From the IMG/VR virus record IMGVR_UViG_3300038393_002063, positions 1-28,020 of that record: a DNA stretch of 28,020 nucleotides; one strand, 5' to 3'. The stretch is from a virus. Taxonomy: Duplodnaviria; Caudoviricetes. Positions 15,177-23,879 of the stretch are shown one piece after another (within the stretch, counting starts at the first letter, position 1; every line of letters starts with the position of its first letter). Under the pieces are notes generated by a model, which saw only the letters and a program-made list of their open reading frames with translations, did no database searches and was not told the origin of the DNA. Position numbers and translations under genes: made by a program.

Positions 15177-16007
15177 GTGGCAGGGGAGGGGAAGCCCAAG
15201 GTCAAGCGACCACCCGGCTGGTACAGCAGGGAGCAGCGCGAGGAGCGCCGCCGTGCACGTCACGAGCGCCGCCAGGAGCGTGAGGCCATCCTCGCCGACC
15301 GCCGCGCCCGCGCTGAGCAGGACCGCAAGCGCTTCGAACGACAGCGCGTGGCTGTCGCGGTGCTCATTGAGCAGGCCGAGAAGGACAAGGTCGCGAACGC
15401 GCCGCGGCTCGTCAAAGGCATAACCCCGCTGCCGGGCGAGACGGACGCCATGTATCAGGCGCGCGTCGAGAGCCTTCGCCTCGCCGTGAAGCACGTCCGC
15501 ACGGTGAAGCGCTGGGATCACAAGAACGAAGGCACGCCCGAGACGCATGAGCATGCTGCGCACACGCGGCAGGGCGCGCTGGCGCGGCTGTACCTTGCTG
15601 GCCATATCGACGCGACACAGCTCGGCTGGGCAGCGGAGATCGCGGCTGTCGCTGAAAGCATCGAAGCCGATGTCGCCGTGAAGGCCGCCTCATACGAAAT
15701 GCGCGTAGACTATGCGGGCAGCGGCCGCGACGTCCTGGTCGAAGGCATCATGCGCGTGCGTCGCGAGGTGGCATACGGCTGGTGGCGCGAGCGGATCCCG
15801 CACCCGAAGCGGGCGGTGCTCGACATGCTGATCGGCGAACCCAAGAGCTATTCGACGATCGCGCTTGAGTATCGGATGGGGAAGACGCGGGCACGACGCA
15901 TCCTCATCGACGCGATTGATCTCTGGGAAGACGCCATGCGCCACGCCGAGCGCGCAGTCGACGAAGCAGAACTCGCGGCTGCTCACGCCGCAATCCTCGG
16001 AGGATGA
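15177..16007 (+). CDS. Putative late transcription regulator/antiterminator
   Basis: Q-like position at the end of the early operon; C-terminal HTH SYSTIALEYRMGKTRARRILIDAIDLW. Confidence 0.55.
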   Translation: MAGEGKPKVKRPPGWYSREQREERRRARHERRQEREAILADRRARAEQDRKRFERQRVAVAVLIEQAEKDKVANAPRLVKGITPLPGETDAMYQARVESLRLAVKHVRTVKRWDHKNEGTPETHEHAAHTRQGALARLYLAGHIDATQLGWAAEIAAVAESIEADVAVKAASYEMRVDYAGSGRDVLVEGIMRVRREVAYGWWRERIPHPKRAVLDMLIGEPKSYSTIALEYRMGKTRARRILIDAIDLWEDAMRHAERAVDEAELAAAHAAILGG

Positions 16008-16411
16008 TCATGGACGATAAGCTAATTGAGGAAATGCTGCCGTGTCCGTTTCCGCACGAGGTCAAGCGCGGCGTCTTTCTTGAGATCGACACGGAGGACT
16101 TCGGCTTTGCTCGCGGGGCATGTTCCGACTGCGGCTGCGCTGGACCCTATGTGACGCTTGAAAGCTGCGAGCGGGTTACGGATGCAGAACGCGCCGAAGC
16201 AACGCGCCTCTGGAACACGCGCGATTCCCAAGCATGTGCCTCCATCCTTAAGAATAGGATCGAGGGGCTGGAGGATGCGCTGAAGCCGTTTGCTGTGCTC
16301 GAAGTGCCGAGCAATCCAGAGGGTAACGCTGGATTCTACTCGCTGAGATTCGGCGACATCTTCAAAGCCCGCGCCGCTCTCTCACCAGTAGGAGTAACCC
16401 ATGACCTCTAG
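16004..16411 (+). CDS. Lar-like Zn-ribbon protein with C-terminal extension
   Basis: LPCPF...CSDCGCAGP...ATRLWNTR. Confidence 0.65.
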   Translation: MIMDDKLIEEMLPCPFPHEVKRGVFLEIDTEDFGFARGACSDCGCAGPYVTLESCERVTDAERAEATRLWNTRDSQACASILKNRIEGLEDALKPFAVLEVPSNPEGNAGFYSLRFGDIFKARAALSPVGVTHDL

Positions 16412-16619
16412 ACCAAGCGAGGCCAGGTCTATCGTGGATCTGCTGCCTTGCCCACATTGCGGTAGCAAGGCGGTGCTAGAATACATAAACAAAGCGTTCC
16501 ACGTCGAATGCATCGAATGTCGCTGCGGCACGTGCAAATGGGGCAAACGCGATTGGGCTGTGAGGGCGTGGAATAAGCGGCTTCCCAACATCCTCGCCAA
16601 GCTAGGCACCCCATCATGA
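16401..16619 (+). CDS. Lar-family restriction-alleviation-like protein
   Basis: LLPCPHCGS...VECIECRC...AVRAWNKR. Confidence 0.75.
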   Translation: MTSRPSEARSIVDLLPCPHCGSKAVLEYINKAFHVECIECRCGTCKWGKRDWAVRAWNKRLPNILAKLGTPS

Positions 16620-16852
16620 ATAGACCAAGCGAGGATGAGCTGGTGGCGGGCGTCGTGGACAGCTTAACCGCCGCCGAACGCAAGGCGTTGATGTACCGCG
16701 AGGATGCCTCGGAGGCTTGTATGTCGTGGGCTACGGCCAAGTCGCTGCACGAACGCGGCCTTACGGAGAGAAATGCGCGCTTCCTTCGCCTAACGAAGGC
16801 GGGGCGCGAAGTGCGCTATGCGCTGCAAAGGAACAGCAATGACACAGAGTAA
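16616..16852 (+). CDS. Small winged-helix-like hypothetical protein
   Basis: LTAAERKAL...SLHERGL...LTKAGREV. Confidence 0.6.
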   Translation: MNRPSEDELVAGVVDSLTAAERKALMYREDASEACMSWATAKSLHERGLTERNARFLRLTKAGREVRYALQRNSNDTE

Positions 16853-17234
16853 GGGAGAACTGGTGGCGCTGGCGGAACGGTGCGAGCAGGCGGTCCCCGA
16901 TGTTGGGGCATCGCTATCGCTGGTGGCCCTTGAGGACGAAGTGAAGCAGGCCGTTTGGAAGCTGTTTCACATTGCGCCGCAACCGTTCCTGCACTCGCTC
17001 GACGCCGCCTTGGCGCTGGCACCCTCTCCCGCTTGGGAATGGTCGCTGGAATGGGAAGCGAAGAGCGACGGAGAAATGTTCGCCCGTTGCGCGATGGGCG
17101 ACCCGATGCGCTTCCAAGACTGTGAAGCGGCAACCCCCGCCCTCGCACTCTGCGCCGCAGCTCTCAAGGCCCGCGCCCATAACCAATCAGTAGTGATGCG
17201 GAATAGCTGTGCCGCGCGGGCGCAAACTGGCTGA
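16839..17234 (+). CDS. Hypothetical phage protein
   Basis: SLDAALAL.P...ATPALALCAAALKARA, a motif recalled from alphaproteobacterial phage proteins. Confidence 0.7.
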   Translation: MTQSKGELVALAERCEQAVPDVGASLSLVALEDEVKQAVWKLFHIAPQPFLHSLDAALALAPSPAWEWSLEWEAKSDGEMFARCAMGDPMRFQDCEAATPALALCAAALKARAHNQSVVMRNSCAARAQTG

Positions 17235-17512
17235 TGCTTAGCGTCGACGAGATCGAGGTCATCGCGGACTCGCTCTCGCCGGCGATGCGTCATGCGCTGC
17301 TACGTTGTTCCGATGCGAGCTTTGGAGAAGAGTTCGCGCCGCGATGTTGGTGGGATGTCGTGCACGGCTACAGGCATGCGACATTTAGGGGCACAATATC
17401 GGCCCTCGAGCGCCGTGCGCTGGTTGAGGTAGACCGTGCGCCTTCCATGGTGCGGCTCACCCGTGAGGGCCTGCGCGTACAGGCCGCTTTGAGGCTCCGT
17501 AATGTCTGCTAG
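17234..17512 (+). CDS. Small winged-helix-like hypothetical protein
   Basis: LSPAMRHALL...ALERRALV...LTREGLRV. Confidence 0.6.
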   Translation: MLSVDEIEVIADSLSPAMRHALLRCSDASFGEEFAPRCWWDVVHGYRHATFRGTISALERRALVEVDRAPSMVRLTREGLRVQAALRLRNVC

Positions 17513-17690
17513 AACGATGGTCTTCGCCTTCACCATCCCCAAGACGGAGTGCGAGGCCATCATCGTCTATGGCGAGGGCTTCTCTCGTGACATCTCGTGG
17601 CCGATCCGAACCGAGGCCGAGGCATACAAACTTGCAAAGGATGTCGGCGTGCCGGGCTTCTGGCGGCTGAAGCACAGGCCTGTGAAATGA
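17502..17690 (+). CDS. Small hypothetical protein
   Basis: Overlaps the upstream stop; ends just before the late promoter region. Confidence 0.5.
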   Translation: MSARTMVFAFTIPKTECEAIIVYGEGFSRDISWPIRTEAEAYKLAKDVGVPGFWRLKHRPVK

Positions 17691-17705
17691 CGCCGAACGA
17701 ATCGC

Positions 17706-17734
17706 TTGCAATTCGGCCCGAATGTGTCAGTTTT
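17706..17734 (+). promoter_or_regulatory. Candidate late promoter
   Basis: TTGCAA -35, near-palindrome TTCGGCCCGAA in the spacer, weak -10. Confidence 0.45.
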
Positions 17735-17772
17735 CGCCGCGAGACGTATTGCCTCTGCTCAAGATGCACGTC

Positions 17773-17802
17773 GGAAAAGCCGCGGATTTCTGCGGCTTTT
17801 CT
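17773..17802 (+). terminator. Intrinsic terminator upstream of the late genes
   Basis: GGAAAAGCCGCGGA-TT-TCTGCGGCTTTTCT followed by GCTGTTT. Confidence 0.75.
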
Positions 17803-17954
17803 GCTGTTTGGGGCCAGTCATTGAACGCTTCTCCGCCCCATCCGAAAAAAAAGTTCGGTGCGCCAGTGGCCTTACCGCGGGCCGTTCGCCGAACGCCGGC
17901 GACGAGATGCTTTGTTCGTCCCCTCGGGGCATCGCGTCGCCGGAAGGTTGACTG

Positions 17955-18608
17955 ATGCGCAAGGCGCCGGACCCGAGCGCCCGCATCGCGCTGCTGAAGC
18001 GCGCCCGCTCTGAGCTTGCGAAGAAGAAGATCAAGGGCCCCGTCAACGCCGAGGAGATGGCGACGATAGCGGGGCTGACCTGGCGGGCGCTGAAGCCTCA
18101 GGTCGAAGCTGACGCCGACTGGCCGTGCCTGATGCGCGGCAGCGAAGGCGTCGCCTACCAGTTCAATCCGAAGGCCGTCCTCGATCACATGATCGCGCGG
18201 CTTGAGGAAAAGCTCAAAGAGCGGACGACCCGCAACCGCCGCATCGCCGAGATGGCGGGCATTGCGCCGGACCTTGCCGACACCGGCATGTCACTCGACG
18301 AGCTTCGTGTGCTCGACCAGCTTCAGGTGTCGACGCAGCGACGCAAGATCGAGCAGCGCAATTATGTGCCGCTTGTCGAGTTCGAGGCGGTCATCGCCGA
18401 CGTGCTGAGCACGATGCAGGCCGAGACCCTGTCGATGGTCGGTCGGCTGGATCCGGCGGGCAAGTGGCCACCGCTGGTTAGAGAACAGGTAAGGGAGGAA
18501 GGGCGTAACCTGCTTGTCAGAATTCACGACAAGCTGGGCAAACGCCTGACATCCGATGCTCGCGCCAGTAGCCGAGATCGAAAGGGAGCTCGAGCTACTC
18601 GCCACTGA
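17955..18608 (+). CDS. terS: Terminase small subunit (Nu1-like)
   Basis: N-terminal wHTH (EMATIAGLTWRAL), coiled coil, overlaps terL. Confidence 0.78.
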   Translation: MRKAPDPSARIALLKRARSELAKKKIKGPVNAEEMATIAGLTWRALKPQVEADADWPCLMRGSEGVAYQFNPKAVLDHMIARLEEKLKERTTRNRRIAEMAGIAPDLADTGMSLDELRVLDQLQVSTQRRKIEQRNYVPLVEFEAVIADVLSTMQAETLSMVGRLDPAGKWPPLVREQVREEGRNLLVRIHDKLGKRLTSDARASSRDRKGARATRH

Positions 18609-20736
18609 CGGTTACTGCGCAGATGCGCGGGCGGTAGTCCGCAGCCAGCTCGAGCTGCTGCTCCCGCCCGAAGACATCTCGACGAAGGAATGCGCCGAGA
18701 AGCACCGCTACCTTCCGGCATCGGAAGGCGGCATCGGTGCGGATGGCGAGCAGGCGAAGCGCCTCTACGACCGCAGCCTGACGCCGTACATGGATACTCC
18801 GCAGGACGCGATGGACGCGGCGGAGTTCATCGAGGTGGACGTCGTCGGGCCCGGCAGAACCGGCAAGTCGATTGCTGGCGAGAACCATCTCTTCAAGCGG
18901 CTGCGCAACGGACCGCTGACGGACACGATCATCTACCTGCCGGCGGCGGAGGATGTGAACTCCTACGCCGACAAGGAATTCGCTGACTTCTTCAATCTCC
19001 ATCCCGAGATCATGGAGAAGCTCGGCAAACGGCCGACCGACAACAAGCGCAAGTTCAAGCGGGTAGCGGGACGAGCGATACAGCTCTTCCCGGCCAACCC
19101 AGGCACGGTGCGGCAGAAGCAGGCGCCGCTGATCATGGCGACGGAGGTTGACGGCTTCAGGCCGAAGCTACGGGCCGCCTTCAGGGGCTTGGCAAGGGTC
19201 CGCGGCCGTGCGTTCGGGTCATCGTTCAAGCTCTACATGGAATCGCACCCCGACGCCGGCTGGTCGGCGGGGATCGCGAGCTTCTGGATGCTGAGCAATC
19301 GCGGGCTCTGGTACTGGCCGTGCCCGCACTGCAAGCTCTGGTCGTCACCGCATCCGCTCGCCCCCAAGGTCATGGACCCGGTGAGCGGCGTCGCATCCGA
19401 GATGTACATGCGGCTCGAGTACGACCGCGACGACGAGCTCGAAGACGACGAGTTGCTCGACCATGTCGAAGCGACGGGCGGGCTTGGGTGTCCGCACTGC
19501 GGCGTCCGCGTCGAGGACAAGCACAAGGCCGCGATGAACCTCGCCGGCAAGTGGGTCTTCGCAGGGCAGGCGATCACGCCCGACGGTACGGTGCACGGTG
19601 AGCCGAAGCAGGGCGACACCGCGGGCTTCTGGATTCACGGCACGATGTCGCCGTTCCTCACATGGGGACGGCTGGCGCGGGAATATGTCGAGGTGCTGCT
19701 CCACTACGAGCGCACCCGCAAGCCCGAGCCGCTCGCCGAGTTCACGGCGAAGACATTGGGCGAGGTCTACCAGGGCAAGGGCCCTGGCAGCCGCGTGCTC
19801 GACCCGAAGCGCCTTGCGGCGCGGGTGAACGAGGTAGAGATCAATCCCGCCTATGCGCGGGGCACTTGTCCGCCTGATGTCTTCTTCCTGACGGCGGCGG
19901 TCGACGTCGGCGGACGCAAGTTCGACTATGCAATCTGGGGCTGGGACCTCGAAGGGCGGTCATGGCTCATCGAGCGCGACACGATCCGCGAGAATCTCGA
20001 CGGCCAGGAGCTGAGGCCCGCGGAGCGGCAGAAGGACTGGCTGGTCATTAGAGACCAGTTGCTGAAGCGCTTCGTGCCGCTGAGCGATGACGACAGTCTG
20101 GGCATGCCGATCGCGTGCGTCGCAATCGACACCGGCGGCGCCGGCAACAGCGATGGCGAGGAGCCCGGCGGCGTGACGTGGAAGGCCCGCGAGTTCGCGC
20201 GGGCTATGGCGAAGAGCGGCGACAGCGGCATCAAGGGCTATCGCCTGATGCTGGTGAAGGGCCGCTCGAGCAAGACCGCTCCTGAGGTCGGCGCGCCGCG
20301 CGAGATCAACAAGGACGCCGACGGGCGCGCGATGAAGCCCGCGGTCAAGGAACACACGATCAACGTCGACAAGCTGAAGATGCAGGCGATCGAGCGCCTC
20401 GCGGTCGAGGATGGCGGACCTGGGCAGGTGCACTTTGCAACCGGCTTGCCGAAATCGACCTACGACGAGCTCTGCGGCGAGGTCATGGTTGACGGCAAGT
20501 TCGAGCGCCGCGGCGCGAACGAGACGCTCGACCTGTTCGGTTACGGCGAGGCCGCACGCATCTCGCTGCAGCCCGAACGCGCCGAGATACGCTGGCTCGA
20601 CGACGACCGCGGACCGGCTAAGCCGCCTGTATGGGCGCGCCCCGTGCCGCTCGAGGCGGACGGCACGACGAAAAAGCAGACGACGAAACGCAAGACCACT
20701 TCGGCCGACAGACTGGCCGAGATCAACAGGAGGTAG
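18556..20736 (+). CDS. terL: Terminase large subunit, GpA family
   Basis: Walker A GPGRTGKS, ESHP, WPCPHC and CPHCG, GFWIHG, LTAAVDVG, IDTGG, NETLDL. Confidence 0.95.
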   Translation: MLAPVAEIERELELLATDGYCADARAVVRSQLELLLPPEDISTKECAEKHRYLPASEGGIGADGEQAKRLYDRSLTPYMDTPQDAMDAAEFIEVDVVGPGRTGKSIAGENHLFKRLRNGPLTDTIIYLPAAEDVNSYADKEFADFFNLHPEIMEKLGKRPTDNKRKFKRVAGRAIQLFPANPGTVRQKQAPLIMATEVDGFRPKLRAAFRGLARVRGRAFGSSFKLYMESHPDAGWSAGIASFWMLSNRGLWYWPCPHCKLWSSPHPLAPKVMDPVSGVASEMYMRLEYDRDDELEDDELLDHVEATGGLGCPHCGVRVEDKHKAAMNLAGKWVFAGQAITPDGTVHGEPKQGDTAGFWIHGTMSPFLTWGRLAREYVEVLLHYERTRKPEPLAEFTAKTLGEVYQGKGPGSRVLDPKRLAARVNEVEINPAYARGTCPPDVFFLTAAVDVGGRKFDYAIWGWDLEGRSWLIERDTIRENLDGQELRPAERQKDWLVIRDQLLKRFVPLSDDDSLGMPIACVAIDTGGAGNSDGEEPGGVTWKAREFARAMAKSGDSGIKGYRLMLVKGRSSKTAPEVGAPREINKDADGRAMKPAVKEHTINVDKLKMQAIERLAVEDGGPGQVHFATGLPKSTYDELCGEVMVDGKFERRGANETLDLFGYGEAARISLQPERAEIRWLDDDRGPAKPPVWARPVPLEADGTTKKQTTKRKTTSADRLAEINRR

Positions 20737-20737
20737 C

Positions 20738-21169
20738 ATGTCCTTCTCGAACACCGCCGAAAACGCCATCCTGGCGCTGATCTTCAACGCGACCGCATGG
20801 GCGAACATGGCGGACAATGCGGCTTCCACGCCGCAGACGAACGTCGCCATGGCGCTCCACACCGCCGACCCCGGCGAGGCAGGCACGCAGACGACATCCG
20901 AGGTTGCCTACACCTCTTATGCCCGCGTCAACGTCGCGCGCACGACCTTGGGCTTCTCCGCACCGTCGGGCGGCTCGACCGCGCTCGCTGCGAACTGCGA
21001 CTTCCCGACCGGCACGGGCGGCTCGGGCACGGTGACGCACATGTCCGCGGGCAAAACCGGCGGTGGCGCGACCGACATCCACATGTCGGGCACCGTCACG
21101 CCGAACATCACCTGCGGCAACGGCATCATCCCGCGCCTGACGACGGCAACGACGTTCACGCTCGACTAG
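20738..21169 (+). CDS. Virion fibre subunit-like beta protein (143 aa)
   Basis: ENAILALIF, ALHTADPGEAG, EVAYTSYARV, FPTGTGG; RBS AGGAGG. Confidence 0.75.
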   Translation: MSFSNTAENAILALIFNATAWANMADNAASTPQTNVAMALHTADPGEAGTQTTSEVAYTSYARVNVARTTLGFSAPSGGSTALAANCDFPTGTGGSGTVTHMSAGKTGGGATDIHMSGTVTPNITCGNGIIPRLTTATTFTLD

Positions 21170-21170
21170 C

Positions 21171-21653
21171 ATGTCTGCACAGTCGGTCGCCCTTCGGATC
21201 CTCACCGAGGGCGACCACAAGGCGTTCCGGCGTCATTGGGGCGACCTGTTCCCCCATCTCGCGGCTGCGGCGCCAAAGAACGACGCCGAGGCCGAGGTCT
21301 CGATGCACTACGCAAGGACGATCAGCGAAAACGTCGGCGTCGGTCTCAGGCAATATTCGCACCGCTGGCTCACCGAGCAGAACTACCCGAGCGGCCTTCC
21401 CGACGAGCTTCGGCCGAGCGCCGAGCAGGTCTGCCCGAGGGTCGCCGCAGCGGTCGGCCTGACGGTGGGAACGAAGCCCTACAGCCCGCTCATCCGCGAG
21501 GCGATGGAGCATGCGGTGCTCGACGCCGAGGCGGACGGCCGGCTCAACGATGACGCCTTCGTTCGCAGCCGCATTCAGGAAGCGCGGACCAAGTCGATCC
21601 GGCAGCTGTTCGGTTCGGCGGGATTGCCGCCCATGAAAGGACAGAAACGATGA
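21171..21653 (+). CDS. Hypothetical helical protein
   Basis: Tightly packed ORF with phage-like codon use. Confidence 0.75.
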   Translation: MSAQSVALRILTEGDHKAFRRHWGDLFPHLAAAAPKNDAEAEVSMHYARTISENVGVGLRQYSHRWLTEQNYPSGLPDELRPSAEQVCPRVAAAVGLTVGTKPYSPLIREAMEHAVLDAEADGRLNDDAFVRSRIQEARTKSIRQLFGSAGLPPMKGQKR

Positions 21654-21877
21654 AGGGTAAGGTTGCAGAAGCCGCTGGCCATGCCACGGCGGGCAAGGCG
21701 GCGGACAGCCGCGGCAAAGCCGTAGAGGCCGCGATGCAGAAGGCGACAGAAGACGCGATCGCGGAAGGCATCGTCGACCCCGCCGAGATCCTGAAGCGCA
21801 AGTACGCTGCACGCGATGCCGTGCGCGCGGAGGTGACCACCTCCACCAACGCCGAGGGCGTCGAGCACAAGGCCTGA
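21650..21877 (+). CDS. Small protein resembling the C-terminal part of the upstream ORF
   Basis: ATGA overlap; AMQKATEDAIAEG vs AMEHAVLDAEADG. Confidence 0.7.
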   Translation: MKGKVAEAAGHATAGKAADSRGKAVEAAMQKATEDAIAEGIVDPAEILKRKYAARDAVRAEVTTSTNAEGVEHKA

Positions 21878-21884
21878 CGCACTC

Positions 21885-22265
21885 GTGCTCGCCGATCGCA
21901 TCAAGACGACGACCGCAACGACGGGGACAGGCGCGCTGACGCTGAGCGATACGGGCGTGCGTGACAGCACGAACGGTGACTGCCTGGCGCCGGCGGAGAA
22001 CCTGAACGCGCTCGCTGGGCGGCTGGTCAGCTACGTCATCACATCGGGCGCGAATTGGGCTCGGGGCAAAGGCGTCCTGTCCAGCGACGGCCTGACGCTG
22101 ACGCGCGACGCGAACGAGAAGAGCTGGAACGGGTCGACCTACGCGGCCGGGCTGCTCAGCCTTAGTGGGACTTCGACCGTGTTCATCGACGCGCTGTGCG
22201 ACGACCTCTCGGCGTCTAGCATCGGACAAACGATCGCGGCGCGCATGGGCGCCTATCTCGCATAG
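21885..22265 (+). CDS. Putative virion structural protein (LADR..TT.TTGTG type)
   Basis: MLADRIKTTTATTGTGALTL, W..GKG......TLTR, LSGTSTVF. Confidence 0.72.
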   Translation: MLADRIKTTTATTGTGALTLSDTGVRDSTNGDCLAPAENLNALAGRLVSYVITSGANWARGKGVLSSDGLTLTRDANEKSWNGSTYAAGLLSLSGTSTVFIDALCDDLSASSIGQTIAARMGAYLA

Positions 22266-22274
22266 GAGACGGAC

Positions 22275-22493
22275 GTGGCACAGAACGACAGTAACATTCC
22301 GCGCTTCCTCGACGTCACCAAGCTCAACCCGCCGGTGACGTTCACCTGCGACGTTCACGGCGAGCGCAAGATCGTCATGCAGTTCAACCCACCTCCGTCG
22401 AACGCGCAGGTTCAAATTCCCGACGTGACGCGGCTCCGCTGTGTTGACTGTCTGGAGGAGGTCATTCCTTCGCGCGTTAGGAGCGTTGTCTAG
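22275..22493 (+). CDS. Small Zn-finger-like protein (CxxH...CxxC)
   Basis: RBS AGGAGA, GTG start, stop overlaps the next start. Confidence 0.6.
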   Translation: MAQNDSNIPRFLDVTKLNPPVTFTCDVHGERKIVMQFNPPPSNAQVQIPDVTRLRCVDCLEEVIPSRVRSVV

Positions 22494-22942
22494 TGGCCGC
22501 CAATACCAACCCGATCTTTGGGCGCACGCCCGACGTCCAGCTTGGCGGTGCGGTGCTCGGCCCGAGCGCCAACACTGCGCAGGACGGCACCGGGGCCAAC
22601 GTCACCGTCATCTTTCAGGCCGATGCGACCGAGGGCGGGTTTGTCGACGAGGTCCGCCTGAAGCCGGTCGGCTCGCCAGCGGCAACGGTGGCGCGCGTGT
22701 TCGTGTGCTCGGCGACCGGCACGTTCACCCCCGGCACCACCAATACGGCAGCAAATACGGCGATGATGGCCGAGATTTCGTTAGGGGCGGTAGCTACCTC
22801 CAACCAGTTTGCACAAAGCGACATTTCAATTCCGATCCGCAAGGCGCTTCCCCCCGGATATCGCCTGCTCGTCACGTTCGGGACGTCCACGGGCGCAAGC
22901 GGCACCGGCTACGCCGTCTCGACGTGGGGGGTGAAATACTAG
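22493..22942 (+). CDS. Putative virion structural beta-sandwich protein
   Basis: MAANTNPIF...LPPGYRLLV...GVKY; Thr/Gly/Ala-rich. Confidence 0.72.
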   Translation: MAANTNPIFGRTPDVQLGGAVLGPSANTAQDGTGANVTVIFQADATEGGFVDEVRLKPVGSPAATVARVFVCSATGTFTPGTTNTAANTAMMAEISLGAVATSNQFAQSDISIPIRKALPPGYRLLVTFGTSTGASGTGYAVSTWGVKY

Positions 22943-22943
22943 G

Positions 22944-23879
22944 ATGCTGCTGCCGCCGCTCCCCGACTACGGCGCGACCCACTGGCAGGTGTTCACGCCT
23001 CAGCAGGACACGACGACCTCGCGCGGCTGGCAAACTTGGACAAAGCCCGTCGGGGCACAGTGGATTTACATTCTGTGCGTCGGCGGCGGCGGCGGCGGTG
23101 GTGGCGGTGGATCTACGGCGGGTGCGGCTCGTACGGGTGGCGGTGGGGGCGGTTCGTCGGCTATGACGAAGGCTCTGATTCCCGCGTTTTTTCTGCCCGA
23201 TATTTTATTCGTTCGGCCCGGAAAGGGCGGCGACGGCGGCACGGCTGGCGTCAGCGGCTCTAACGGTGTGTTGTCCCAAGTGAGTGTTACCGTTGAAGGC
23301 AACAATACAGCATGCTCCGTCAACGCGGGCAACGGCGGAAACACAGCCGCGACGGGTGGCGGCGCTGGCTCGGGCTCTGGCACGCCTGACAAATACGGAA
23401 CTTCCGCGATATTCTCGTCCATAGCGGGGCAGGCTGGATCGGCGGGTGGCGCTAACACGGGTGCCGTTGGCACGAACCTGTCGGCAGCGGCGGTGCTCGT
23501 GGGCGGTGGCAGCGGCGGCGCAGGATCGGGGACGGGCAACAACGTCTTCAAGGGCGGCGACGTTTTTGGTGGATCGACCTCGACAGGCGCGACACAAGCC
23601 CCTCAGATTGCTGGTGGTGTCGCTGGCGTTTCTGGCACGACGGCAGGAGGCGCGGGCAATCCCGGTTACAACCACGGCCTCGACATAATGCAAATGATGA
23701 GCCGCAATCAGCCGCTCCTTTTCACAGGTGGATCTGGAGGAGGTTCTGGTGGCGCCTCCAACGGTGGCGCAGGCGGTCCCGGCTCTTATGGTTGCGGCGG
23801 CGGTGGCGGCGGTGCGGGCGCAGTCGGCGGCGCAGGCGGCAAGGGTGGCGATGGGTTCGTAATTATCGGAGCGTTCTAA
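22944..23879 (+). CDS. Glycine-rich fibre/adhesin-like protein
   Basis: TWTKP.GA..IYILCVGGGGGGGGG ... GGKGGDGFVII. Confidence 0.8.
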   Translation: MLLPPLPDYGATHWQVFTPQQDTTTSRGWQTWTKPVGAQWIYILCVGGGGGGGGGGSTAGAARTGGGGGGSSAMTKALIPAFFLPDILFVRPGKGGDGGTAGVSGSNGVLSQVSVTVEGNNTACSVNAGNGGNTAATGGGAGSGSGTPDKYGTSAIFSSIAGQAGSAGGANTGAVGTNLSAAAVLVGGGSGGAGSGTGNNVFKGGDVFGGSTSTGATQAPQIAGGVAGVSGTTAGGAGNPGYNHGLDIMQMMSRNQPLLFTGGSGGGSGGASNGGAGGPGSYGCGGGGGGAGAVGGAGGKGGDGFVIIGAF

